Assembly: GCA_013265495.1 (NCBI GenBank) | Contig: MU062367.1 | Coordinates: 682,001 to 746,000 of the forward strand | DNA: 64,000 nucleotides | Origin: Vicugna vicugna | Taxonomy: Eukaryota | Direction of reading: 5' to 3' | Shown here: positions 13,521-24,021 of the stretch, in pieces | Position numbering within the stretch: position 1 is the stretch's first letter | Layout: each line of letters begins with the position of its first letter | Translations under genes and position numbers: made by a program | Notes under the pieces: generated by a model | Told to the model about the DNA's origin: nothing | What the model saw: only the letters and a program-made list of their open reading frames with translations | The model's database searches: none

Positions 13521-14444
13521 AAAATAATTAAAGAGTCTAGGAAGAAAGTATATTTTTTTCCACTCAAGTTTGGAAATAAAGATGCTGCTAATCCATTGGC
13601 CAACAAGGCTGTTGATAAGAGGATAAAGCAGTCAGTTTGGAACCAGGAGCTGCTTTTAGGGACTTTCCCTCAGCACCCCGGGTTCTCCCTTCCTAGCCAG
13701 GAGCATTACCTTTCAGCAGCCTCATCTCTGTCCTAAAGTTTCCAATAAGGACCAAGGCAAGCTGGATCAAACAGGGACGCTACTCCCTCCTGACTCATTA
13801 CCACAGTCTCTGAAGAAATTCTAACCCTAAGGGTCAACCTCAGGATGAGTTTATTATGGTTCTGGCTTTATTATTGGATGCTGGCAAATGTCAGGGAGGC
13901 CTGAACCAACTCAGTGCTGGTAACTAACAGGTCGTTGTTGAGGCCAACGAGGGGTTTCTCAGGACCCACACACATGCAGCCTCGGGAAGGTAAGAAAACA
14001 GCATGGATGGAAAGCACTCACACCTCCTCTGTGAGACCCCATCTCCAGGGCAGCAGTGGGGGGGGGGCCTCTTGACTCCCCTCAGGGACCTCAAGCCCTT
14101 CCAGTCTGTGCTGGCCCCTACCCGACCTCCCAGACTGACCTCCATGCTCATGATGCCCAGACCAGTGACCACAGACTTCCACTCCTCCCGTCAGCACAGG
14201 ACATTTCCTCCAGGGAGCTAACGGGAAACACAGACCCTTCCTCTCCACCGGACAGCATGTCACCCCCACCCCCAACATTGCTTAAATACTCCTTGGCCCT
14301 AAGCCTTTCCCGGGGTGCATGTGGATTCCGAATATTAGAGTATTCGGTTTAGTTCCTTTGAAGGAGCAAATCTTTCCTGGCCTCCACACCCCACCTGTAT
14401 GGTGAGAGCTACAGTCTTTGTTAAGTTCGATCTCTGTCTTTGAT

Positions 14445-14880
14445 GAGTAGGACTGCAAAGTGGTTCAAAACACGGACTCTAACCTTCGATGCCCAGTTCA
14501 GACCCTAGCCTCACTATTTACTAATGGCGAGAGCTTGGGCCTCTGCTTGCACTTCAGTGAGATGGGCATGATGACAGCAGCTTATCTTGCAAAGCTGCTA
14601 TGAGGGTTAGGGTGGCTGTGTGTAAAGAGGAGGGCGTGGCGTGTGGGAGCCTCACGTAAATATCAACGATTGCTACTGTGATTGTTTTTCTCATCATGAT
14701 CCTACTCTCAGAGGCAGCCACAGTAAGTAGAAGTACTCTGAATTTAAACTGGATTTGAGGGTCAAAATGAGCTATGGCATCTTTGGGGCAAGTCACTTAA
14801 GCTCTGTGCCTCAGCTTCCATATTTGCAAAGTCAGGCCAGAAAAATCTACTGCATAGGGTGGTTATGAAGATTAAAGGAC
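14445..14880 (+). mobile_element. Two MIR SINE fragments immediately upstream of the PPP1R17 promoter
   Basis: gtggttcaaaacacggactct...cccagttcagaccctagcctcactatttact and ttggggcaagtcacttaagctctgtgcctcagcttccatatttgcaaa. Confidence 0.7.
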
Positions 14881-15039
14881 CCGGCTGGTTTGTCTGGACT
14901 TCTCCGGCCTTGAACCCTAGGTCCTCAAAGCACTGCTCTGTGCACGGTTTTTGCAATGGACAATTATTGCAGTTGGGAGCAGTGACTGCAAGATGAGTCC
15001 TCTTTCCCTCTCCATCCCCCTTGCCCTGGCGCCTGAGAA

Positions 15040-15110
15040 ACAGAGCATCCCCATGGCAACAGCGGCAGCTGGTCCCTTGATAAGAGGAGCTGGAGCCGGG
15101 CAGCAGCAGA
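15040..15110 (+). promoter_or_regulatory. PPP1R17: Probable PPP1R17 core promoter (X-box-like element, E-box, GATAAGA TATA-variant)
   Basis: atccccatggcaac (15047-15060), cagctg (15066-15071) and gataaga (15079-15085) lie about 25-30 nt upstream of a purine/pyrimidine initiator-like stretch (agacactgcc). A strong splice donor follows at 15197. Confidence 0.55.
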
Positions 15111-15196
15111 CACTGCCACTGAGGAGCCGGCCCAGCTTCAGGGAGGAAGCGCTTCCTCCATCACTCGCCTTCACATCTCGGCACCTGCACTGACTG
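15110..15196 (+). other. PPP1R17: Probable non-coding exon 1 of PPP1R17 (5'UTR)
   Basis: Ends at consensus donor CTG|gtaagt (15197-15202). Exon 2 begins with 36 nt of UTR before the ATG, so an upstream non-coding exon is required. The start position is approximate. Confidence 0.6.
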
Positions 15197-16039
15197 GTAA
15201 GTGCTTTGGATCTTTACTCTGAGAACTTTTATGGTGAGAAAAGCCAGTTTCCAGTAAGTTGTTTTGTGGTTGCTGGGACAGAGGCTGCAGCTGGAGGTGG
15301 GGGGGTGTGGAGGGGTATCTGCTGGGCAGGAGTGTGCTTTCTGGAGCAAGACAAAGCTGGGGCGAGGAGGGGAGCAGAAAGAGTCTCCACTTTCAAGTCA
15401 TTTTTCCAAGGGAAGTGTAGTCCGGAATTCTGCAAGAACCAGAGTCTTCACAAATTAAGTTGTGAAGTTTCACAATGAATACCGGTGTATCTGCGTATGC
15501 ACACAGCAGCATGGAGGGGCTTACCTCCCAAGGCTGTTGAGAGTGTCCTTATCAAAAAACCTCTCTATGTCCTACTTTGAGTAAAAGTCATTCCTTGAGG
15601 AATATTGCAAATTTAGGTCTTCTAAATGAAAAACTTTGACTTTAAAATGTGGTACTTTTTGACCTGAATTCAGTCCTCAGGTTAAAGAAAGATTTGACAA
15701 AGGATATGAATTTTATATCACCAGAGGGTACTTTAACCAGACACCACATTGGGCTGTGGACATAACCTTCTGATTTTTTATTCCATCAAATAAATCCAGG
15801 CTTGATTACTTTGGGGAAATTGTTTAGAATATCACACAACTCAGCGAAGTGTCACCTTACTTTTGAAGATCAGTATTACTATGTTCCCAAGACCTGGAAA
15901 TTGGTGTTTCTGCAAGTTGCTTTGTGCTTGGATTGTTCTAATCTCATCAAGGTCAGAAATGGGATGAGGAAGTGATTCAATGGGTCAATTTAGGTATACA
16001 CGTAATTACAAGGTGAGGACTGAAAGAGCAAAGAAAGCA

Positions 16040-16230
16040 AGTCATATTCTTAAAATGGTAGCATGTGCTGGGATCTGGGCTGGGAGTTTGACACACTCTC
16101 AACAACCCTGGAGAAGAGCCACTATCATGCCCACTTCACAGATGTGGAAACTAAGTTTCCAAGAGGACATATAACCTTCCCAAGTTCACCCAGTTAGAGA
16201 GTAGGATAAGCAATCAAACATTTGTCTCTA
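16040..16230 (-). mobile_element. MIR SINE in intron 1
   Basis: cccacttcacagatgtggaaactaagtttccaagaggacatataaccttcccaagttcacccagttag. Confidence 0.7.
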
Positions 16231-18189
16231 CCTCATACTACCTCACAGCACCACATGCTTACAGTCAGGGAACAATTTTCTGCCTATGAATTAAACCACC
16301 TATTCTAACACCCAACTGGGAAATCTACTCAGTGTTAAGAGCAAGGACGAAAATGCCCAGACCAGCTTATGACTTCAAGCTGAACTGACCGATCCTTTTT
16401 AGCAGAAGAAGTAGCACTCCTGAAATAGGAACCAGCTCTGAGCTAGTGAAGGAGGCAGGCTCCCTCAAATGTATCCTCGATTTCAGCAGGTTGCTCAGAC
16501 ATGCTGCCCTAGCCAGCCTCCTTCCCCGGCACCCAGTTCCCCTCCAGGTCCCATTCTCAAAAGAGAAAGAGGCCTTTGCCATTAATAATCCCTATATATT
16601 GTGACATCAGTTAATGCATCTCCTCTCCAGTGGTATTTGTGTTTGCAAATGTCTCTCTGAGAAGAGGAATGTAAGATTCAGCAAGCGGAATTTCAAGAGT
16701 TTAGCGTCGTGGTCCTGAAGACCCTCAAACCCCTGAAATGCCATCGCTTGGCCTCTTGTATATGCTACACCAAACCACCCACATTCTCTCAAACAACAAT
16801 AAGAAAAATAATACAGACCCACAACCCTTTCTTCTCTAGTTGAGAAATCAGAAAAACTCTGAAAACCCAAAGTTTTTGTTGTTGTTGAGCTCAACATAAA
16901 CTCATTTGGTAGCAAAACCTGACAAGAAAGGTGTGAATCATTTTGTGGTCTTTATTTATGTGACTTAGTGCAAATGTTCATATTTTTGCTGTGGATGTGA
17001 TGTGATGCCTATGGACTTGGTGCTTCCTGAGACCCCTCTGGAGGTGTTATATAATAAAAGTGTCCTGATTTCCACCGCACAGATGGCCTCAGGCTTTTCA
17101 TGAATGGGTGGGCGGGCCAATACTGACAGTCACGGTGGCCGTCCAAGTTGTCACTCTGTGAGTATTAAAATTCAGAGACCACTCTGAACCAATAAGTGGC
17201 AAGAGGATGCTTAAGGGTTGCAAATCTTTTGACTAGTTTATATGATAGCCCCAAAGCATCTCTTAAGTCCCTAGCCCTTCGGTTAGAATCTGAAGACCCA
17301 GGGAACCAGGCGTTTGGGTATGAAAGAGTTGATGCTTCAGAAAGTTCCCAAATTACAGCGAGCTGCTGAGGGAGGTGAGGAAACTGTCCCTGGGCAGCAT
17401 GGCAAAAGCAACATCCATTTGCTGTGCTTGGGGTGGAGACTGAATTAAGGAGAGGAATGCGTGGGCAGAGTCAGGACTAGGAATAGAAATATTCCATTTC
17501 CTGGTTCAAGAGCTAGACCAGCTCGTGACTTACAATGGCTCGAGTGTCTGAACACTCCTTCTCAATGAGGATAGAAAAGCAGAGGGGGTCGGGGGAGAGG
17601 GTCATCTTATACTAACACTCAACAGGCAGGTAAAATGACAATCATTAATAAGACGACCGTAAACTCCAAATATCTCTCTCCTCCGAGTACTTGTTCCTTT
17701 CTTTGTGTGAAGGTTTTCCGCCAAGAAAATCGTAATGACATCATCTATGCTGAAAGTCTCTTCTAATCCCATGGGCAAAACACATTCCTGCCCAGCACGA
17801 GGTGTTTTTGTATTGTAAAATCCCAGGTGTGAAAGTCATCTCTCAGCCCCTAGCAAGCAGAGGCTTGCCGTCATTCTTTCCCTCACACTGATTTACAACA
17901 GTGCTGTTTCCCCCATAGACACGAGGTGTTCTCCTGGGGAGGAAGCGTGTGTCAGTTCTGTGACTAATCACCGGGTATACTTGCCTTGTCCAGGGACTTC
18001 TGATCCTCGCACAGTTCATCTCCCACGGGCAGCCTCCTCTCTCTCAAGCCCAGTACCGAGAAAGCCAGTTTGCTCAGATGAAGGCTGGCCCTCCCATGGC
18101 TCAACATCTAGATGAAACAGAGAGTCGATGAGTTTTAGATTTTTTTCAGTTTGACAGCTGGTCTTCATTAGCCAGCTACCTAGTAAGGT

Positions 18190-18570
18190 GCAGACAAAGT
18201 CACATAACAATGACTGCCAGTTACTCAGTGCCTACAGTGTGCAAAGCATGTAGCTAGCCTATTTAATCTTCATAGTAACTCTACGGGGTAGTAGTTACTA
18301 TTATGTCTATTTTACAGATAAGAAAACTGAGGCCAAGAATGGGGGGCATAGAGGAACATATGTCCTGGGTGCCAGCCTGTGGGTGCACCACAAAGAGGCT
18401 AGCCTTGGCAAATTCTATCACAGCAGCTGTAAGTTGCAGGGAGGAAGGGCAAAAATGGTTACACTGCACTTGAGCTCCATCTGCCCTCACTGGGTCGTGA
18501 AGATTTAGCTGTTCCATCAAAGCCAAAGGGCTTGTAGTCAAAGGGCTGAGATTTAACCTAGATCTGTTTG
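18190..18570 (-). mobile_element. MIR SINE fragments in intron 1
   Basis: tatttaatcttcatagtaactcta...tttacagataagaaaactgaggcc and gggctgagatttaacctagatctgtttgactaaagctc. Confidence 0.7.
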
Positions 18571-18699
18571 ACTAAAGCTCAGATTCAAATTGAATATCTA
18601 GGTATTGAGCACAGAGGGGCAGCCATGTGATCCAAGTACAAAGAACAGCTTACCTTGGGTTGGAGAGAAGGAGAGGGGTGCTCCTGCCAGATAGGACCG

Positions 18700-18830
18700 A
18701 GAGCAGAAGGTAGGGGGCCTGAGTTCAAATGAGATTTCTGACTCTAAGCATGCAAGTAATTGTAGGTCATTTTAAGCTTTTTGAGTCTCAGTTTCTTCTT
18801 CTAGAGAATGAATATTTTGACTAGATCTTC
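18700..18830 (+). mobile_element. MIR SINE fragment in intron 1
   Basis: ggcctgagttcaaat...aggtcattttaagctttttgagtctcagtttcttcttctagagaatg. Confidence 0.55.
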
Positions 18831-20404
18831 CATGGGCTCATCTTCAGCACAAAGTCTATGACAGAGCCCATGACCTTCTGCCCAAAGAGATAGGAGGTTG
18901 ATTAAGTAGGTGCACAGGCCATACCTGGGGCTGTAACTTTGCCACCAGACCTCAGCACCGAGCCCTCTCAACCAGAGTGACAGTCCCGTAACTTTCCTCT
19001 TAACGCAAGCAGGTAGGGACCGGCCACTAAAGTTAACAGCATACTTCCTTATGGTCCCAGGGAGTTGGCAGTCTCTATATAAACACTAAAAACAATGGTC
19101 TGAATTGATTTCTGCTGAAGTCACTCAGCACAGTCGGTCTGCTCAGAATGACACTAAAAGCCGGCTCAAGTAATCCGTTAATGGCTCCATCTGCTACGCA
19201 ATGATCTCAGCTTGTAGCAGGAGAGCCCCTCCAGCCTTCCCAGAGAACACTGACTTATTCCTCAGAAGACAATTGAGTTGAAATAATTCTATGAGCTTGA
19301 AATGTTAACACAATTGATCTGGGTATTCATCTGCATGCCAGTAATCCAGGAATCTCAAGAAAAGAGGAGCAGTAGGGTCATTTTAATCTTATTCCTCTCC
19401 AACCATGCTTGCTGTGGTAGGACAGCAGTAATAAATTATCTAAAAGAAGCAGAACATAGGCAGACCCTAATGAAGATTTCCTATAAATCTCAACTAATGC
19501 ATTCCTCCTGCAGACCTGACACATGTCCATTCTGAATTTCTACTCCTCCTGGACAACGGCTACAAATAATAGCTCTGGAAAGTTCAATGGATTTGTGGTT
19601 TAGGAAAGATGGATGATGGGAGGAGGGGGAAGGGGAAACAGATTTTCTCTAATGCCAGAAATCTCTAGGGAGAAAATAATAAAGATCTACTTCAAGACCT
19701 AGATTTTTTCCTACCACGTCTCTACCACCATTGTTATATTGATAGAGAAGTCTCATTACTTTGTAGTTAAAAGCATGTAATGGTAGAAAAACCAGAAGCC
19801 TAGTTCAATTCGGATTCAAAGGTACTGCTGTTTTAAAAGTCTTGGGTGTCCAGTGGAAGTCTGCAGGAATGGATTTGGATCCAAGCTTGGCTACTTAATT
19901 GATGTGTGACTAAATAAATTAATTAGATTTTCTGATCCTCGGTTTCCTCATCTGTAAAGTAGGCATAATCCTATTTTGCAGAACTCAACAGAGGAAAAAA
20001 AATAAGCATGGTTTAATCAAGATTTTTCTGTAACTCTCAGCTAACTCAGTTCTAATTCAGACTACACATGTGTTCATTCTGAAATTCCTACAGTGCTCAC
20101 AAAAAAGGGCAAATATTGAACATCTGATACATGACAATTACTGATAAATCTCTGTGTGCGTGTTTGTGTGTGTGCCTGTGTGTCAGATCCGTTTATCTTG
20201 GCTTGAATCATAAATTTAGCACTTCTAGTAGCTAAGTAAAATAAGCTGACTTAAAAAAATAGGATTGAACTGAGAACATAATAGTAAGTGCTCAAGAGGT
20301 CTACTTATATAATAAGTGAGTGAGTGAACAGAAGACATACTAGTGGGCTTCTTTCTTTCCTTCTGTAGTGCTGGAGAAGAAATCCACACAGCAGCCCTCC
20401 TTTG

Positions 20405-20486
20405 ATGATGTCCACTGAGCAAATGCAGCCACTCGAGCTCTCCGAAGACAGACTGGACAAGCTCGACCCTCATTGTGGCCACTTGG
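20405..20486 (+). CDS. PPP1R17: PPP1R17 exon 2 coding part (MMSTEQ...CGHL; exon starts 20369)
   Basis: Acceptor cttctttctttccttctgtag|TG at 20368/20369; ATG at 20405; donor TTGG|gtaaat at 20486/20487; 82 coding nt, phase 1. Confidence 0.95.
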
Positions 20487-20814
20487 GTAAATGGTCCAGT
20501 GTGGCTGTCAGCGGTGGAAGTCAGAAAGGGGGCGTCTCTGCCATTTGGTTTGCCAGCAAGTCAGAGGGAGGCCCCCTGCCACCCGATAGTGTGTGACTTC
20601 TGGTGACAGCCAACACCAGATGGACAGGCAAATAGCCATGGGTCTGTGGGGTCTGCCATGTAAATATTAGCAGAAGCACTGGAGAGACGTTCATTGGAAT
20701 TGAAAAAGAGAGAGAAAAGGCATTGTCCTCTTTTTGGGGTCTGACAGAGTCCCAGGCAGAGCATTTTTGAGGCAATAAATGGAATGTGGCTGCATAGCTT
20801 GTTTCCAGTATTTC

Positions 20815-21026
20815 NNNNNNNNNNNNNNNNNNNNNNNNNNNNNNNNNNNNNNNNNNNNNNNNNNNNNNNNNNNNNNNNNNNNNNNNNNNNNNNNNNNNNN
20901 NNNNNNNNNNNNNNNNNNNNNNNNNNNNNNNNNNNNNNNNNNNNNNNNNNNNNNNNNNNNNNNNNNNNNNNNNNNNNNNNNNNNNNNNNNNNNNNNNNNN
21001 NNNNNNNNNNNNNNNNNNNNNNNNNN
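20815..21026. other. Assembly gap (212 N) in intron 2
   Basis: Run of N bases. Confidence 1.
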
Positions 21027-22242
21027 GGATGGGCCTTTTGCATATTCATAGCCTTTGTTTATGCCTCGCCTGGTTATGACTCCCCGCCCCGCCTCTCCCC
21101 TCTACCCATTTGCCATCAAGATATTTTATATTCAGGATTTCTCCAAAAATGAGGAAAAGTGGAATTAAAGTAAATGTCAGGATTGAAGGAAATGTCTCGC
21201 TGTCTGTACGGGGCCCCGAGTTGCATCCCCGGGTTGAATGGTGACGCCTGGCTGGTCCATAGCTAGCCTGAGACCCCACAGTTGGGCAGCACCCATTCTG
21301 AGCCACTTTCATTCATTCAACAAATGTCCACAGTTTGTATAATATGGGGGAAATTAACTGTGCTAAGTGGTCATAAATTTTTAAAATTACATTTTCAACC
21401 AGGCATTAAGATACATAGTCCCAAGAGCCTGGTTTTCAGCCTGATGCCATAACCTGCCAGCAGTGAAACCTTCAGCCTTTTAGCTCGCCTTCAGTTCCTT
21501 CATCTGCAAATTAGGGGTAATAATAGTACCTTCCCTCGTGGGCATGGTGTGAGAATTAAATGAGATAATACATTCAGGATGGTGCGACTATTTAACAGCT
21601 AGTGAAACACAGCTTTTCTCTGGATGACCCAGAAAAGGCGTTGGTCCATCCCACACACTAAAATGATGTGATGTCACCTAATATGTAAGTAGTACTCAGT
21701 ACATTCCCCCTCTCGCCTCCTTTTTTGGTGTGTGTGCGTTTAAACTTAAAAGCATATAGTCCAGTGCTGTATACATAGTGCAATTTCATAGAACAGGAGT
21801 AGACTGAGAACCTCACTACAAGACCAAGGAGAGCACCGGGCTGCGCACTGGCCCTGGGGCTCTCCACCGCGAGCAAGGCTTGAGCGAAGGATTTTGCGAA
21901 GGAGCATCTGGCACCGAGAACCTGTTCTCCCATCAGCAATGTGACTCACACCCACTCTGTGGCTTGCTTAACAGTGTTTCATAGTTCCTCTTTGCCTTGA
22001 TTATCCCTCCCATTTGAGTTCTGTTCATTTGGAGTTTTACAGAATTCTAGTTTTCCCTTTTATGACATGTATCCACGCACGCAAGGTCGTCTGTAAAAGA
22101 GGCCACGATAAATGCATACTTTTGTTTTTCAGACCAAATGACTTCTATCCCTCTCATCAGGTGTAACAAAACCACCCAGTCTGTGACTGGACCCTTACTT
22201 ATGTAATATTGTCTTTTTTTCTTTACATCTTGTCAAAATCAG

Positions 22243-22395
22243 ATGATCTTTCAGACCAGTTTATTAAGGACTGTGAGCTCAAAAAGAAGCCAAGAAAAGG
22301 CAAAAATGCACAAGTCGCCCTGAATGTTGAGTCAGACCAGAAAAAACCAAGGAGGAAAGATACACCGGCCCTGCACATCCCACCTTTCATACCAG
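22243..22395 (+). CDS. PPP1R17: PPP1R17 exon 3 (DDLSDQ...KKPRRKDT68[10 protein letters not shown])
   Basis: Acceptor aaaatcag|AT; donor CCAG|gtaacg; 153 nt, phase 1-1; Thr68 codon ACA at 22362-22364. Confidence 0.97.
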
Positions 22396-22521
22396 GTAAC
22401 GGACAATGAGGTCAGTTTGCACATTTGTGAAAGAAAACCGCTGGCCACTAATCATGTTGGCCTTACAATTGTTTTCCTTAAATATTTGGATGTTTTTAAA
22501 TCATTGGTACAATCTCTGCAT

Positions 22522-22900
22522 TTGTCTTAGTTACAATAAGGCCAGTCGCTATAACATAAATTCCAAATGATTAGTGGGTAACACGATACAAGTTTACTTT
22601 TCACTCAGCAGCGGAAGCTGAGGGTGGGGGAGGCAGGGTCTGCTCCAAACAGTCATTCAGGGACTCAAGCTGAGGGAGGTTCGGACATCATCCGTACATG
22701 GCTTCTAAAGTCACCATGAGCATGGGCATCCAGCAGGTACGGGGCAGACAGAGCGGAGGACTGGCAGACCTGCAGGTGGCACACATCGTGTCCTTCAGTC
22801 ACAGGCCTCACCTGACTGCAAGGGAGGCTGAGAGATGCCGCCCAGCTGCGTGCCCGGGAGAAAAGCGAAACGGTTTGGTGAACAGCTAACGAGTCTCTCC
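22522..22900 (-). mobile_element. MLT1K/L-like MaLR solo LTR in intron 3
   Basis: ttagttacaataaggccagtcgctataaca...acaagtttacttttcactca...ctgctccaaacagtcattcagggactcaagctga...cctcacctgactgcaagggaggctgagagatg. Confidence 0.7.
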
Positions 22901-23069
22901 AACCTTGCATGTGACATGTGACATTCTCTGGCTTCCAAAAGTTTTGTCTTATTTCCTTTACTCCTTCCCCCCAGGCCATTTATTTAACGTCTTCTCTATT
23001 CACAACCCATTCGGAGGGATATGAAACAAACAGAACACAGCGCTTTCTGGAAAGGAAGTTTCTTTCCAC

Positions 23070-23241
23070 TTTTTTTTCAATTGAAGTATAGTTGGTTTAC
23101 AATGTTGTGTTAATGCCTGGTGTACAGTATAGTGATTCAGTTATACATATATTTATAATCCCTTTTCATATTCTTTTTCATTATTGGTTATCACATGATA
23201 CTGAATTTAGTTCCCTGTGCCAGACAGTAGGACCTTTTTGT
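23070..23241 (-). mobile_element. Short cetartiodactyl-type L1 3' tail, antisense, in intron 3
   Basis: Poly(T) then caattgaagtatagttggtttacaatgttgtgttaat...gtgattcagttatacat...cagtaggacct; same family as 41377-41558 and 45777-46528. Confidence 0.85.
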
Positions 23242-23868
23242 TTTCTTTCAGTTTTATAAGAAATAAAAGAAACACATAAATAGCTGAAATATGCAGGAAG
23301 AAGGAACATCATAATGGGGGTCCTCAGATAAGGACCCCGGGAGCTCAGGCTGGGCAGTGAATTGTGGAGTGTGCATGTATACAGGAGACTGTATTTAGAG
23401 AGTTTGTAAATGATGGAGAAAACATTCACGCATAGAAGAGAGGGGACGAGGCAGGTGGGTGGAAGTAGAGAACAATTTAAGTCATTGGAGAGTGTAGCAC
23501 GTAGTGGTGGAACAGGAAATGATCCGTTGCTATGAAGGGGATGGACTTTGGGGGCAGACAAACCCGGGCTCTATTCCTTGGGCTCCTGTCTTTGCCTCAC
23601 TTTCCACAGCCCAGTGATGGTGGTAGTCATATTAAATCCTTCAGGGTTTGGTGGGGCTAAAATGAAATGAGACATGTAAAACCCTTTGCATAGAGGAAGT
23701 TCTCTGGTTGCCTCAGTCGATGCTAATTCTTATTATAAAGAAACTGCTTTTATTAAGTTTGAAAAGACATACTGACTGCCATCACCAGGTGTATGTGCAA
23801 ATATGACCTTGTGTATTAGGATACACGTATTTGACCCTGTTTCTCCCTCTGTTCCCCTAACTATGCAG

Positions 23869-24021
23869 GTGTGTTCTCAGAACATTTAATTGAAAGATAT
23901 GATGTCCAAGAGAGACATCCAAAGGGCAAAATGAGTCCAGCTCTTCATAACACTGACCTGGAACAGAAAAAGCCAAGGAGAAAAGACACACCTGCCCTGC
24001 ACGTGTCCCCCTTCGCAGCAG
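23869..24021 (+). CDS. PPP1R17: PPP1R17 exon 4 (GVFSEH...KKPRRKDT119PALHVSPFAA)
   Basis: Acceptor ctgttcccctaactatgcag|GT; donor GCAG|gtaaaa; 153 nt, phase 1-1; Thr119 codon ACA at 23988-23990. Confidence 0.97.

Noticed and set aside
13670-13690. RE1/REST-like left half-site (tcagcacc)
   Set aside because: The right half GGACAG is absent.
1-15000. 3' exons of the expected upstream neighbour gene (ITPRID1/CCDC129 in human synteny)
   Set aside because: No recognisable coding exon found; the region is dominated by repeats, so the gene probably ends left of the window.
19113-19130. TGCTGA-agtcac-TCAGCA Maf-like palindrome in intron 1
   Set aside because: The 6-nt spacer does not fit the 1-2 nt spacer of a MARE.
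20561-21152. ORFs of 90-162 aa spanning the N run
   Set aside because: Artefacts of translating through the assembly gap.
22769-22782. CTCF-like motif CCTGCAGGTGGCAC
   Set aside because: A single imperfect match inside an MLT1 LTR; it cannot be supported without ChIP data.
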